Shown in pieces: positions 25,750 to 40,284 of a stretch of DNA of 64,000 nt. Position 1 is the stretch's first letter. Each line of letters begins with the position of its first letter. The stretch spans positions 37,696,001 through 37,760,000 of the forward strand of contig OZ024747.1 of the NCBI GenBank assembly GCA_964016885.1. The letters are read 5' to 3'. Under the pieces are notes generated by a model. It worked only from the letters and a program-made list of their open reading frames with translations. It was not told where the DNA came from and did not search any database. Made by a program: the position numbers and the translations under genes. The stretch comes from Eledone cirrhosa (Eukaryota).

Positions 25750-26142
25750 GTATACACCAATTAATCTCTAATTTATTGTCTTTTCTTTTATCTGACCCGC
25801 TACACGTATTTATCTACATCTCAAATCTGATTTCTCCTGTTAGCACCAACGAATCCTTATAAGAACACTTACTCAAAAACTACTAATATCTACTTTCACT
25901 CTCTCACTCATTTATTTCTTTATATTTTCCATTTCCTCATTTTCGTATTATTTTTTTTAATGTACCCTATCTTATATTTTACTTTTTACTTTTTACATCT
26001 GTAAACATCCGTTTACCATACATGTTTTATTGTTGATGTTATTGTTTTAATTATACGCTATTTTATTATTGATGTTATTGTTTTGGTTTTACGCTGATTT
26101 TCTATATAAGTCTTGCCTCGAGTGAATTACTTTCATATCTAC

Positions 26143-26254
26143 GTGCTCTGATGTGTTGACCGGTGGTAAACAATGTATTGGAGATCGATTGACGCACCCT
26201 CAAGCGATTAGTGAATTCTCTACACACCTGATCAACGAAACAATTGTCAGTACT
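26143..26254 (+). ncRNA. Type I hammerhead motif, core mutated (CTGATGT)
   Basis: gtgct-CTGATGT-gttga...tcaac-GAAA(26237-26240)-caatt-GTC-agtac, followed by aataaa, in insert about 25750-26306. Confidence 0.7.
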
Positions 26255-26306
26255 TTAAATAAAGCTCTTATTGTACAGTCAACCATGTTACTCTTCTTTC
26301 TTTGAC

Positions 26307-26342
<36 letters not shown>

Positions 26343-26656
26343 AGGTATTTTTTTACAAAATTAAAAAAAACGAGATGTCCTACACGAGTGAAAGTATAAG
26401 GAAAAAAGATGAAATCGAAAATGCAACTGAAGTCTTTTTAAGAATATTTATTTGGTTCCTTTACCGGTTTCGCAGTTCCTGTGCTTTTCAAAAGTAGAAT
26501 TGAGATGGAGGGTTTGTGGTTTTTCTTTGCGAGAAAAACCACAAACCCTCCATCTCAATTCTACTTTTGAAAAGCACAGGAACTGCGAAACCGGTAAAGG
26601 AACCAAATAAATATTCTTAAAAAGACTTCAGTTGCATTTTCGATTTCATCTTTTTT

Positions 26657-26689
<33 letters not shown>

Positions 26690-26693
<4 letters not shown>

Positions 26694-27912
26694 ATTCTAT
26701 TGAAAAAACTATCCAATATTGGTGTCTCTAGAAAGTTACTACAGTGGATCAAGTGTTTCCTGACAGACAGAGCCCAACATGTTGTAGTCGAAGGAATAAA
26801 ATCACGTCCTGCCAAAGTCAGCAGTGGCATCCCACAAGGCACTTTGTTGGGCCCACTTCTTTTCATCATCTACATTAATGACATTACTGACATCATCAAG
26901 CACAGCAACATAAGAATCTTCGCAGATGATTCCAAGCTCCAAAGGGTCATCAATGAGGTGGGTGACTGGACTGGACTTCAGTCAAACCTACTGGCTGTCA
27001 TCCAATGGGCAGCAAAGAACAATATGCTGTTGAATGAGGATAAGTTCGAGTTAATCCACTTTGGAAAAAAGGATGCCCTGAAACTCCCATATTCTCTTCC
27101 GTCAGGTGAAACTCTCGTGGTATCCACCAACATCAGAGATTTGGGAGTATTTGTGGACAACAACATAAGCTGGGCCACTCATATAAACAGCAAAGTGGAC
27201 ATGGCCCGCACAATGTGTTCTTGGATTATCATATCCCTACAGTCGAGGGATATCCACACTGTTATCCTTCTCTTCTCCACTTTTGCCCGACCCCACGTTG
27301 AATACTGTTGTCCACTGTGGTCTCCCCACACGAAACAAAGTATCATGAAAGTTGATGCACCCCAAAGATCAATTACAAAAAAGATTGGTGACATGACAGG
27401 CCTTGACTATTGGAGTCGATTAAAAAAGCTCAACCTTTATTCTCCCAACGTCGCCGTGAGCGCTACATTATCTGCATGATATGTAAAATATCCCATCAGC
27501 TTTGCCCAAATGATGTTGGCATTACCTTTAAGGGCCTCGTGCTATCCGCCAACAACAAAAGTCACACTCGCATCTCATAACAACAATACAGCACAATTAT
27601 TTCACCTCAATTGGCCCTGGTCTCTTTAACATTACACCAAAACACATCAAAGCAGAGACAGACCCCATCAAGTTCAAGATGTCTTTAGAAAAATTTCTTC
27701 AAGAAATCCCGGATAAGCCTCCTACACCCGGATAAGCCTCCTACACCCGGATATGCCTCCTACACCCGGATATGCCTCCGTACACACTAACTCTCTACTT
27801 GAGTGGGCCATGGTGCCCAAATCCTGATTTGAAAGACTTCACCAGGTGGTGCTATTAAGTTATAGATGGCTTGGGCCAATACTGGCCGAAACCTATCAAA
27901 GTTATCAAAGTT
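26690..27912 (+). mobile_element. 5'-truncated CR1-group LINE (RT C-terminal half and 3' UTR)
   Basis: SGIPQGTLLGPLLFIIYIND, IFADDSKL, RDLGV, RPHVEYCCPLWSP. 19-bp tandem (about 4 copies) at 27708-27785; ends in (tatcaaagt)2. Confidence 0.92.
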
Positions 27913-27997
27913 ATATATATATATATATGCATATATATATAAATATCTATATACATATACATACATACATACATACATACATACATACATACATACA

Positions 27998-28045
<48 letters not shown>

Positions 28046-28147
28046 CTTATAAATATATATATATATACATATTTATATATACATATATAAATATATACAT
28101 ACATATATATATATATATACATATATGAATATATACATACATATATA

Positions 28148-29612
28148 CTAGCAGTTTAGCCCTGCGTTGCTCGGGTTTGTTCATTTGCTATGAAAGTTAC
28201 ATACAGGTAAACGTGGCTTGAAAGCGAATAAGCTTATCAATTAAGTGCATAAAGCAGTTCAACCGGTTATTAAAAGTTACGAACCAATTAGCATTTTGGA
28301 CAATCAATGATGAGTTAATAATCTTCCAATAGCGAATTTAGCAGACCAAAGTTGCAAGATGGTGGCCCTGATGCCGCTGGGTGTCAGATCTGTCCGCCAT
28401 GGGTGACCCTACCAGGAAATAGTTTTCCAGACGGCATAGCTCCAACACCTCCAACACCTGCACCAACATCTATAGCACCTCTTTTTAGACGATATTGCGT
28501 GTCATCCCTTGAGGAGTGTAAGCAAAAATCCATTTCTGCTCCCTACGCGGGAACAGGCAACATAAAGTTGGCCATGGGAGAAGCATGGCTCCCCCAAATG
28601 GATGCCCGCCACCGACAATGTTTGCCCTTGTAACTTGTTAATGGACATGGCAAAACATGGTCTCACCGGGAATTGGGATCGCCGGAAATCGAACGGGATA
28701 TCTGACGCCGAGGGGAAAAGGTTCAACCTTGGCAGTGTATTCGGCAGAATTGCCAGAAGTACAACACTATGGGTGTTGTCATATTCATATTTAACCATTG
28801 GAATTCGTAAAAAATATATAATTTAAACATTCCGATTCATATATATATAACATTAATCTATTATATGAAGTGTTATTTTGCGGGTTGTTATTTGCAATAA
28901 GTCGATTTAAAATACCCCAGAAAAGCCGTATGTCAATACGGAACTCCAATGACTCCCCCAGCAGTTAAATTATAGAGAGGAGGAATAATCTATTATAGAG
29001 AGAGGGAAGAGCGGGGGAAAGGATAAAGCTCAGAAACTATAGAGAGGTGTGTAAAACAGTGTTGTCATATAGAGAGTGAAGAGCGACAGAGAGGGTAAAG
29101 CAGTTAAATTATAGAGAGGAGGGGAGGGGATAATCTATTATAGAGAGAGGGAAGAGCGACGGAGAGAGTAAAGCTAAGAAACTATAGGGAGGTGTGTTAA
29201 ACCTCAAAGCATGAAGAGAGTAAAGCAGTTAAATTATAGAGAGGGGAAATGATCTATTATAGAGAGGGAAGAGCGACGGAGAGAGCGTTATGACTATGTT
29301 TGTTGTTGTATAAAATGATGTGTTGCTTAATTTTCAAAGATAATGTCGCGTTCCTAAACGAAGTTTTGTCGCTGTTGGGTAGTAGAGAGAGTGAATAAGC
29401 GTGTAAGAGATAGGGTTACAGCATGTATTTAGTTTTATCGATTTTTTTCATAGAAGCAGGACATTTTTGGCAAAGTTTATTACGCGTTGACCATCGTTGG
29501 TACATTTGGAGTACGTTGGAAAAATCATCAAAATCGGTAGAGAAATGTGGAAATGCATAAAAATCATACACACACACACAGACGGACATCTTCTGTTTTA
29601 TATATATAGAGA
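28148..29612 (-). mobile_element. Internally deleted Helitron retaining PIF1-type helicase C-terminus
   Basis: Minus strand has 5' TC and 3' hairpin + CTAG. 28502-28798 encodes RRSQFPVRPCFAMSINKLQGQTL...FSHGQLYVACSRV. About 120-bp tandem units at 28960-29285. Confidence 0.9.
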
Positions 29613-29633
29613 TATAAATATATATATATATAT

Positions 29634-29687
29634 AATTAAACCATTTTTCAACTGTGAACAATTTGTCAGCATTTTCTATTCCGTTTA

Positions 29688-29745
<58 letters not shown>

Positions 29746-29814
29746 TACATATATATATATACATATATACATATATATATATACATATACATATATATAT
29801 TATATAGATATATG

Positions 29815-29912
<98 letters not shown>

Positions 29913-30389
29913 TAAACGGAATAGAAAATGCTGACAAATTGTTCACAGTTGAAAAATGGTTTAATTAGGAATAAAAGAGTATTAGTGATTGTATGGGTTA
30001 GTATTCAGTTGTGGTTTTAAGTTTTTAAGTTTTTACCGGTTGCGTATTTCTAAATGCTTTACAAAAATAATTTTGAGATAGAGTGTCCGTGCTGTTTGCT
30101 CTGATCTGATTAGTTTTGGGAATTCTACCTGTTTTTATGTTAAAAAAGTGGCTCCAGCGTTATTTTTGTGTTGCAAAAATGCTTGTGGTCAAAACAATTT
30201 TGATTGGTCGGTAGAGGTCATGTGAATGTAAAAAGTTGATTTTGCGCCAAGACTGTTTTTATGTTAAAATGTTAAAAAAGTGGCTCCAGCAAAAATTATA
30301 GGTCAAAACAATTTTGATTGGTCGGTAGAGGTCATGTGGATAAAAAATTGGTTTTGCGCCAAGATTGAGAAATGACTCTTTCACAACAA

Positions 30390-30392
<3 letters not shown>
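29634..30392 (-). mobile_element. PLE pLTR fragment related to family C; terminal 60 bp inverted around a microsatellite
   Basis: 29634-29693 is the reverse complement of 29907-29966. Shares gagccacttttt and ggcgcaaaa motifs with the family C 3' region; degenerate HHR at 30029-30070. Confidence 0.55.
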
Positions 30393-30457
<65 letters not shown>

Positions 30458-30526
30458 TAGTAGTAGTAAGGTGTTCGATGCTGCGACAATGGCCAGCAGC
30501 GATGTGTGTCAAATGGCTATTAAGAT

Positions 30527-30577
<51 letters not shown>

Positions 30578-30729
30578 GCAGAGTCATTCGAAGGTCAAAA
30601 GATATTTTTCAGCTTTTGTCTTATACGGAGAAGTGCGTGTGTGTGTGTGTGTGTGTATAAGTCTCTTTGTATGTTGATGTACGCGTGTGTATGTGTTTGT
30701 GTATATATATATATATATTTTTTTTTTTT

Positions 30730-32035
30730 CCCCTGGTAAAATGGTGTACATTATTCGATTTTTTCAGTAAAATCGGTTCTCTTAATAGAACATCAAAAAT
30801 CTTAACAATAAAAGGTGTGAAATGATATTCACTATATATATATACACACATACACACATTCATTACATATATATATATATATACATATATACATATATAT
30901 GCACATATATTTTTTTGTATTGCACCATAGAGCATGTGTGTTTACGTGTGTCATTGTGTTTATATGTGGGTAGAGATGTGTGCTGATGTAGGTATGTATG
31001 TTGACGTGTGTATGTTGTGGGTTCGTCTTAGGGAGAAGTGTTTAGACGGGGTCCGTATTTGTTAATGAAGTAAGATTCCTTGCTGATGCGCTGGGTGTGG
31101 GTGGCATTATCTTTAAATTTGTAGAGGGGAAAGATTCTGAAGTTGGGATGATTTTGGGCGGCACAGGTATGAATGTGTTCACTCAGTGATATTTTCCTGT
31201 ATTCCCGTATTTTAATTTGGGATCTATGGACAGTCATGCGTTGGCGGAGGCTGTTTTTGGTCTGGCCTATGTATTGTTCTCGACAACCTGAACAAGTTAA
31301 TACATATATTAGATTTTCCGATGCACATGTGAAATTGTGTTTTACTATAAAACGTTGTCCATCTTTGAAATAGAATTTCGAACCCTCTATTAGGTTGATG
31401 CAAATGCCACAGTTGGGTCTATCGCATTTTTTTACTGTGGATTTCGTTGTTGTGGTTGGCAGTACTTTGGCATGTGTTAAGATGTTTTTCATTGACTTGG
31501 ATTGTCTTTTGCTCTTTATGATATCGTGTGTTCGTAGAATTTGGTTCATTCTATGGTCCTTTTTCAATACAGGGATGTTCTGGAGGATGGTGTCAAAGGC
31601 CTCATTGTTGAGGGGGTTGTGTGTGGAGATGTATGGAAGAGCTTTTAGTTTTGGTTGATTTACTTTAGGGTGTCTAAGGTCCTGGGTACTGAGTTTTAGG
31701 GCACGTTGGATTCCATTGTCAATTAGTGATGCAGGGTAGTCCCTGCCTATGAGTGTGTCCTTTAGTTCTTGTAACCGTAAGTAGCAGATGTTTTTATTGG
31801 AGACTATAGTACAGATTCTCTTGGCTAAGTTGTAGGGAATATTAATTTTAACGTGTCTAGGGTGGCAAGAGTTGAAGGGGAGGTATTGCTTGAAGTCTGT
31901 GGGCTTGTAGTATATGTCTGTTTTTATTTTTTTGTTATGGATCTTAATGAGGATGTCGAGGAAGGGGAGTTGCTGATGGCTGTATTCCATCGTGAAGTTA
32001 ATATTTATGTTGAGCCCATTTATAAGGGTGTGAAA
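30730..32035 (-). mobile_element. 5'-truncated PLE (family D, relative of C): RT thumb + GIY-YIG, 320-aa open frame 31990-31028
   Basis: LPFLDILI, DIYYKPTD, HPRH, CDRPNCGIC, NLIYVLTCSGC..YIGQT..LRQRMTVH. Confidence 0.92.
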
Positions 32036-32099
32036 TTCTATGTATATATATATATATATATATATGAAATTCTATGTATATATATATATATGAAAACAG

Positions 32100-33775
32100 G
32101 GAGAAAGAGACGATTATGAGGAAGAAAAATATATTTTTTTCCTTTTTTGTTTCTCTCTTTTTTCTGGGTTAGAAAATGATTAAAACGAAATGTTTTACTT
32201 TGTGTGAAGTGTTAAGGTATTAGTGTATTTATTTATTATTTAACAATGGCATTTATTTATCTATTTATATGCATTATCAAATGATAGTGAAATGTATTAG
32301 TGTGGTGTCGCACATGTTAAACAGAAGGTGCAGAAAGAATAATGTATATACAAACAAGGTTTAAGAAGTGAAAAGAAAAAAACAAAAAGGTAAAAAACAA
32401 AAAAAAAAACGTGCATAATGTGGAACGTAAAAAGTCAATGTGGAAGAAAAAATAATGTTATTTACAAGCACAGTCATTGAAGTTAAGCAGTTCAAAATGT
32501 GTTAATATCGCAAGAGTGCTTAGTTGAACCATGGTTCCGTGAAGGAGGCAAATGGTGGACTGTGGTTTGATATGATTTCCCTTTTTAGAGAGTTAATATG
32601 CAAGGGCAAGCAATTCTTGTTGGGTGATATTTAATTTATTTAAGAAAAAGGATTAGGTAGGGTGTGAGTGAGGTAACTCTTGTAAATGTTTGATCGTTTG
32701 TTGCAGTTTTAGATTGGTCCGATTTTAGAGCATTGAGTAGTGGTTGAAATTTATTAATGAAATGTGTTTCCTTATTGCTACGTTGGATGAAAGTAGCGTT
32801 GTCTATGAATTTGTAAATGGGGAAATTTTAAAGTTTGGATATTGGTTGAGAGCACAATTGGCGATATGTTCACTAAATGCAATCTTTCTGTATTCCTGTA
32901 TTTTAATTTGTGATTTATGGACGATCATACGTTGACGGAGGCTGTTTTTTGTAGCATCAAACAACACATTCCATTCAACTCGTGCCACCCGAGAGACACC
33001 AAAATGGCAATTCCTTATAACCTAGCCAGAAGGAACTGCACAATAGTTTAAGATAAATACACATGCTACACACGACTAGAAGAATTAAAAAAACACACTT
33101 ATCAGCAGAAACTACCCACCATCCCTAATCACCAATGGATTCCAACGTGCCCTAAAACTAGACATCCAGGAACTCAGACACCCCAAACCCAGGAATGAAC
33201 CGCAACAAAAAACTCTACCATACATCTCCACACACAACCCCCTCAACAATGAGGCATTCGACACCATCCTCCAGAACATTCCTTTACTAAAAAGAGACCC
33301 ATGAATGAACAATATCCTCCAAACACACAACATCATAAAGATAAAAAGACAACCCAAATCCATAAAAAACATCCTCACTCAAGCCAAAATCCAACAAACC
33401 CTCACAATGAACCCTACAGTAACAAAATGCGGAAGGCCCAACTGTGGCATATGCATAAATCTAATAGAAGGTTCAACATTCCACTTTAAGCAAGTACAAC
33501 ATTTCACAGTTTACATGTGCATCTGAAAACCTTATCTATGTTTTTACATGCTCAGGTTGTCAAGAGCACTACATAGGACAGACAAAAAACAGCCTCTGTC
33601 AACCTATGACCGTCCATAAATCACAAATTAAAATACAGGAATAGAGAAAGATTGCATTTAGTGAACATATCGCCAATTGTGCTCTCAACCAATATCCAAA
33701 CTTTAAAATTTTCCCCGTTTACAAATTCATAGACAACGCTACTTTCATCCAACGTACTAATAAGGAAATATGTTT
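32100..33775. mobile_element. PLE fragment (family D-like) with internal inversion
   Basis: 32955-33775 (+) encodes the frameshifted thumb/GIY-YIG. 32755-32951 (-) repeats its last ~200 nt and continues into the 3' region. Confidence 0.85.
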
Positions 33776-33802
33776 ATATATATATATGTATATACATATA
33801 TG

Positions 33803-33849
<47 letters not shown>

Positions 33850-33850
33850 A

Positions 33851-34024
<174 letters not shown>

Positions 34025-34067
34025 CACATATATATATAAATATATACATATATATATACATATGTAC

Positions 34068-34170
<103 letters not shown>

Positions 34171-34238
34171 TATATGTGTGTATATATATGTATATATATA
34201 CATATATATATAGATATAGATAGGTAAATATACACGGG

Positions 34239-34401
<163 letters not shown>

Positions 34402-34436
34402 CATATATATATACATATATATACATATATATATAT

Positions 34437-35395
34437 ATTCTCCACCAGATATTTTGTTTTAGTCTCATTCATTCTCAGCCCCACACTCGTCGACACAGTC
34501 TCAACCTCTCGCATCAAATCCTCTGCCTCCTTCACTGTATTTGTCACCAAAATTATGTCGTCGGCAAATTCACCATCCGATATCTTTTTCGCCTTAACTC
34601 TCCTGCTCTGAGCCGGTGTTACAGTAAAGCCAGAGTCCTGGTGTTCCTCCAGTGCAAGGCGCATACAATAGTCCACTACGATGATAAAAACTAGGGAGCC
34701 AATGTATCTCCCTGGAGCACTCCAGCCAGTATCTCAAATAATTCTGTCATCCCTTCAGGTGTAATGACTTGGGCTTTGGTGTTGGTGTAGAGCAGTGATA
34801 TCAGGTCCACTATCTTCTTGGGGATTCCATAAGCCTGTAAGATCTTCATCAGGCAGTGACGGTCCCCAGAATCAAAGGCCTTCCTAAAGTCAATGTAAAA
34901 CAAGACCGCGGGACTAGCTCCCTCTAATATATATCCTCCTCACCATCAGGATGTGACTGGTGGTTGATCTTCCCCCTCTGAAGCCGTTCTGGTTGTCCCT
35001 GAGCTTCTTCTCCATCTCAGACTGGATCCTGTTAAGAATCATCCTGTTGAGAGGTCTTTGCCACAAGTTACGTCAGTGAGATCCCCCTATAGTTGTTGGT
35101 GTTAGAGAGATCTCCCTTCTTTGGCACTGGGACGATGTTACTGATCCTCCACTGATTCGGGCAACTCCTTTCTCGAGCGCCTGGTGACAGAACCCCGGGA
35201 TGATATCATCAAAATCACACCCCTTCATCACCTCTGATGCCTCTCCATCTTCTCTATGAGCCTTGCCTTCCTTGATCTTCTTCTTGGCTCTCTGAAGCTC
35301 CCCTCTGGTGAAGGGCTCTATCTCAATATCCAGTTCTTCAAACAGCCGCCTGATCTCCCCAGTGTTCTGGCTGTGAATGGCGGCTCTCCTAGTAG
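34437..35395 (-). pseudogene. Internal RT fragment of the same RTE LINE family as 10412-13795
   Basis: Collinear with about 11040-12005; [23 protein letters not shown]. Confidence 0.93.
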
Positions 35396-35399
35396 CCTA

Positions 35400-38178
35400 G
35401 AATTCTACTTTTTATAACACTTCCGATATGTCCTTCGACTTACGAGGAGTCCACGCCACGACTTTAGCTTTTAACAAACGCACGCGATTGCTGTCGCAGG
35501 TCGATGAACAAAGAGAAGCACAATCTAATATATCTAGATCTAAACTTACAAATATTATAGAACAGTGTAGCCAGAAGCAAAATAGAATGGAAGTCCAGCA
35601 ACTGGTTGATACATCTGCAAATGCTTTGCGTAAGCTCCTGCACGGCTCACGTAATGGAGAGATTGCGTGCTTTCTAACAGACAAGTCTGGCAGAATGTCG
35701 ATCAAACTACTTCCAGGCAATGCAACCCCACATCACTAACACAAGAGAAGTAACACCACAAGAACATGAGGATAGGGAGAAAACCATCAACACTCATATG
35801 ATGATGTGGACAAATATAATGCATCCCAATAAACGGACTGCCAACAACTTCCAGGCCTGGAACAACGACGTGCCAGTGTTGTATGGGCTTCAAAAAGACC
35901 GTAAGACGAATAGTGACCCAGTCACAAGACCACCAACACGGCCAGTCTGTGGAGCTAACATTGCTAGCAACTACAGACTTTCCTACTTCCTCTCCCTGAT
36001 CGTACGCCCCAACATTGAAATGTCCCCGGATATATGTGACAGCACGGAGGACCTCCTCATCAGAATCAGCGCATATAACCTATCTAGGGACATAACAGAC
36101 TGTATAATAGGTAGTATGGATGTAGTATCCCTATACCCATCCATTGACGTGGATTTTGCTGTGGAGAAATGCGTAGAATGATCAGTGAGAGCAATGTTGA
36201 ATTCTGTGGGATTGATACCAGTGAGCTGGGACTCCTACTTAAACTTACATATAATAATGATTATCTAGATACGTATGACCTTAGCAACCTCTGCCCCAGA
36301 AGGCCAGCATGAGGCAGACCACCTGCCATTACCTCAATGGCCAAGAAAACACACACAGAAAGATGGAACGGGTGGCCCGAGCCATACGGACCCCCGAAAA
36401 CCATGATAAACTAAAGAAGATTATTGCACATGCGGTGGGGGCCAGTATAAAACTAACCCTTAAGGAACATAAGTTCAAATTTAATGGAAAAACATATGCC
36501 CAAGAGGAGGGAGCAGCCATTGGTGTTAGCATTGCAGGTGACATAGCTAAGCTATTCATGGTATGGTGGGACAATAATCTTAAAGAACAATTAGAAGACA
36601 GCAACCTCTTAACCCTGTTAATGTACTCTTGCTACGTTGATGATATAAACATCGTAGTAAACCCCCCCCCACTAGAGAACAGTCAGGAATTAGAGAAAAA
36701 CACCTTGGAAAGCATCCAGCAAATAGCTAACTCCATCCACCAGAGTATTAGAGTTACTATAGACTACCCAAGAAAACACCCCAACCATCGATTACCCGTA
36801 CTAGATACAGAACTGTGGTTAGAAACCATTAATAACAAAAAGCAAATCCTCCATTCCCATTATGCCAAACCCATGACTTCCAAATATCTGATCCACCGAA
36901 ACTCAGCTGTTTCGGATCACACCAAAATCAACATACTGATTGCGGATTTATTACGGGTGATGAGAAACGTGTCCCGCATGTGCAACCCCAAATAACCAGA
37001 GAGACACATACAACACTTCATCCACCGTATGCAGTTCTCTGGTTACAATCAGAGAGATAAAATCAGAGTATATAGAGGAGCCAGAACCAAATGGGAAAAC
37101 ATGGTAAATAATGATACAAATGGGACCAGCCCCTTGTATAGGATCAAATTTTGGAATAAGGTTAATAGAATAAACTCATGGTATGATAGCAATAAATACC
37201 AGAGTGTTATGTTCATCAATACAACCCCTAGAGGTGAACTAGCTTACAAATTTAGAAGGGCTCTAGATAAAGTTAAACTAAATATTAAGATAGTGGAAAG
37301 ACCAGGTACCTCCATAAAAAAAACACTTATTAGTAATACATACCCTTTTCAAAGACCTCCCTGTATAGATAAGAAATGCATAATCTGTAAACTTAGCCCC
37401 CATATCAACTGCAAAACTAGAAACATAGTATATAGCATAAGATGTACTTAGGGACAGTATAAAGATAAAAATATAGGTGAGACAGCTCGTAGTATAGGAG
37501 AACAATTAAATGAACACTGGCTAGATCTTAAAGATAGAAAAAAATCATCAGTACTCCACCAACATGCTAAAATAGAACATAAGGGCAAATTAGAGAACAT
37601 AGAAATAAAAATAAAATCTACACACAGAAAAGACGCAATGTTTAGACATATCCTCAGAGGCAATAAACATAAATGAACTCCAACCAAAATTAAATAGAAA
37701 ACATGAATGGAATTACAACATCACAACTTACAATTAAGGACAGAATGAAAACACACACACATAGAACAAACAACCAACTAGTAACATGTAAATAAACAAA
37801 TAAATAAACAAATAAAAACACACACAGACACCCGGATGTAACACATGCGCAAACTAAGCACACAACACACACAAAAACAAGATGGCGTAGGACAGAACAA
37901 GGGAGAGGCACAAAACAAAGAAAAAATCCCCTGTCACTGAAGAGATCACAGAATGTGTGACGAAAGAACTTTGACAATATATGAACAACCAACCAACCAA
38001 CCGGAAATTTACAAATTTCTTAAATTTATAAATTTAATTTATAATAAGTTGGAGTGAAAGCAACTGGTGCGTGTGTTTCTTATTGTCAACATGACCCTCC
38101 CAAAGTATAACAATATCGGTTTCAACACACGTTTTCAGATAAAGAATCTTGCTAAACAAATTCAGAAACGAAATATAT
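35400..38178 (+). mobile_element. PLE family B, longer decayed copy
   Basis: TDKSG, LYGLQKD, GSMDVVSLYPSI, GAAIGVS, YVDDI, GIY-YIG remnant; pLTR matches 17700-18096. Confidence 0.92.
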
Positions 38179-38200
38179 AATTATATATATATATATTATA

Positions 38201-38250
<50 letters not shown>

Positions 38251-38659
38251 TAAGTGAATTGTTTGTATGCATGAGTGCGTGTGTGAGAGAGTGTGTGTAT
38301 CGTATGTATGAGTGTCACTAAATTAGTTTTTTTATGCGCGAGGACATAGAAATAATTGTTTCTACTTTTGGCACAAGGCCAGCAATTATCCCAGTGCATT
38401 ACTGGTACTTTATTTTATCGACCCCGTAAGGATGAAAGGTAAAGTTAACCTCGGCGGGATTTGAACTCAGATTGGCAAGGGCCGTAACTCTATGCGTCAA
38501 AGCAGGGCGTCCGACCCTCTATCGATACTGCCAATCCAATATCCTAAATAATAGGGCTGGATACCCGATCGGGCAGTTAAACCACTGGGAGTGAAGAACC
38601 CTTGTCAGGGCACTCTTCTAGGAGAAGGCTTCTCAGGAAACATAATACATACATACATA

Positions 38660-39300
38660 CATACATACAAAGCTACAGCAATGTGGAAGACATCCATGTA
38701 CATAATATGAAAGAGTACCGGTGGAATGTTCCAGTAAAAACCCCAATAAAATGCAAGCACAACAAACCAGATATTATGATATGGGACCGGGAGAAGAAAG
38801 CATGCACAGTAGTGGAAATTAGCTGCCCAGCAGATGTCAATATAATATCAAAGATTAGCGAAAAGGAGAATATTTATGCAGAACTGATGACAAATCTGCA
38901 GATACTCCACCCTGATTACACATTCAGATTTATGCCTATGATTATTGGGGCACTGGCATATGTTAGTAACTACCTCAATACAAATCTTGAGAAGCTAGGC
39001 TTCACAGGAACAGAAAGAACACAACTAGTTAGGAAATTACAAGTACAATCCATTAATGGAACAGTAAAAATATGTAAAACATTCCAAAGATTTTGCATCT
39101 AATAACTGCATATACACATGCACACATACAACTCAAAACACCCACATCCACACATACAATAACATCCATATCTACACATGCATGCATACATATCTACCTA
39201 GTTGATGTTGTGTAAATTCCGATGAGAGAGTCTTGTGTCTATGTTAGAAACCGACTCTCTCTCTATTGGTAAAACTTTGTGAAATTATAAAACCAGAAGA
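38660..39300 (+). pseudogene. 3' fragment of RLE-type (R4/Dong-like) non-LTR retrotransposon between (TACA)n tracts
   Basis: HNKPDIMIWD...VVEISCP...EKENIYAEL...PMIIGALA, a PD-(D/E)xK-like endonuclease. Confidence 0.82.
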
Positions 39301-39336
39301 ACGTACATACATACATACATACATACATACATACAT

Positions 39337-39407
<71 letters not shown>

Positions 39408-39825
39408 AAAGTTTTATTTAAAATTGTTGGGTTACAACAAGTAAATATTTTATAACTGATATAAAGCACTCGACAAGTTTTTGGAGTAGATATACGATAT
39501 TAAACAAATGGAAACTATATTTATAAAACCATATTTATTTCATTATACATATTTCAGGGAAATCATATTAAAAATATGGCATACCTTCGTCAGATAAAAT
39601 ACAATATATAAACAGTTTTATAAATAATTTTGACGTACCTTAATATAGGCAGCTTCCTAATTTAATGGTCGCTTATATTATGGTACGTCAAAATTATTTA
39701 TAAAACTGTTTATATATTGTATTTTATCTGACGAAGGCATGCCATATTTTTAAGATGATATCCCTGAAATATGTATAATGAAATAAATATGGTTTTATAA
39801 ATATAGTTTCCATTTGTTTAATATC

Positions 39826-39897
<72 letters not shown>

Positions 39898-40248
39898 CGG
39901 CGATGAATTAGTTTTGCGAGGTTTTTGATATGAAATCGTGTGTCGAAACAAATATTTGTATCTGTATTATTTTTGACTGTTGGTCAGTCAATGGCAACAT
40001 TGAGGACCGAATAAATTAGATTACCGATATAAAAGACACAGAAGCGAAAAGCGAAAACCAACCAAACAATGAGTGTGTTCTGTTATTAATTCTGGCAATA
40101 TTACACAAATATGACCCTCCCCAAGTATAACAATATATATATATATAATATGTGTGTGTGTGTGTAAAAGGTAAACAAATAACAACACAATCGGTACAGT
40201 ATATGGAAGGGATATATTAGGTTAACTCTTGATATAGCAGGAAGAGGG

Positions 40249-40284
40249 TCTTAACGTTTCGGACGCTGGTCCTTCATCAGAAGA
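40249..40284 (-). ncRNA. Ultra-minimal type I hammerhead ribozyme
   Basis: tctt-CTGATGA-a-ggac-cagc-gtcc-GAAAC-GTT-aaga. Stem III is only the palindrome ACGT. Confidence 0.8.

Noticed and set aside
27708-27785. Short direct repeats resembling a CRISPR array
   Set aside because: Head-to-tail 19-bp tandem with no spacers, inside a LINE 3' region; eukaryotic context with no cas genes.
39895-39970. Hammerhead half-site GAAAC-aaatattt-GTA
   Set aside because: Stem III palindrome is present, but there is no intact CUGANGA strand or stem I partner; at best a truncated relic.
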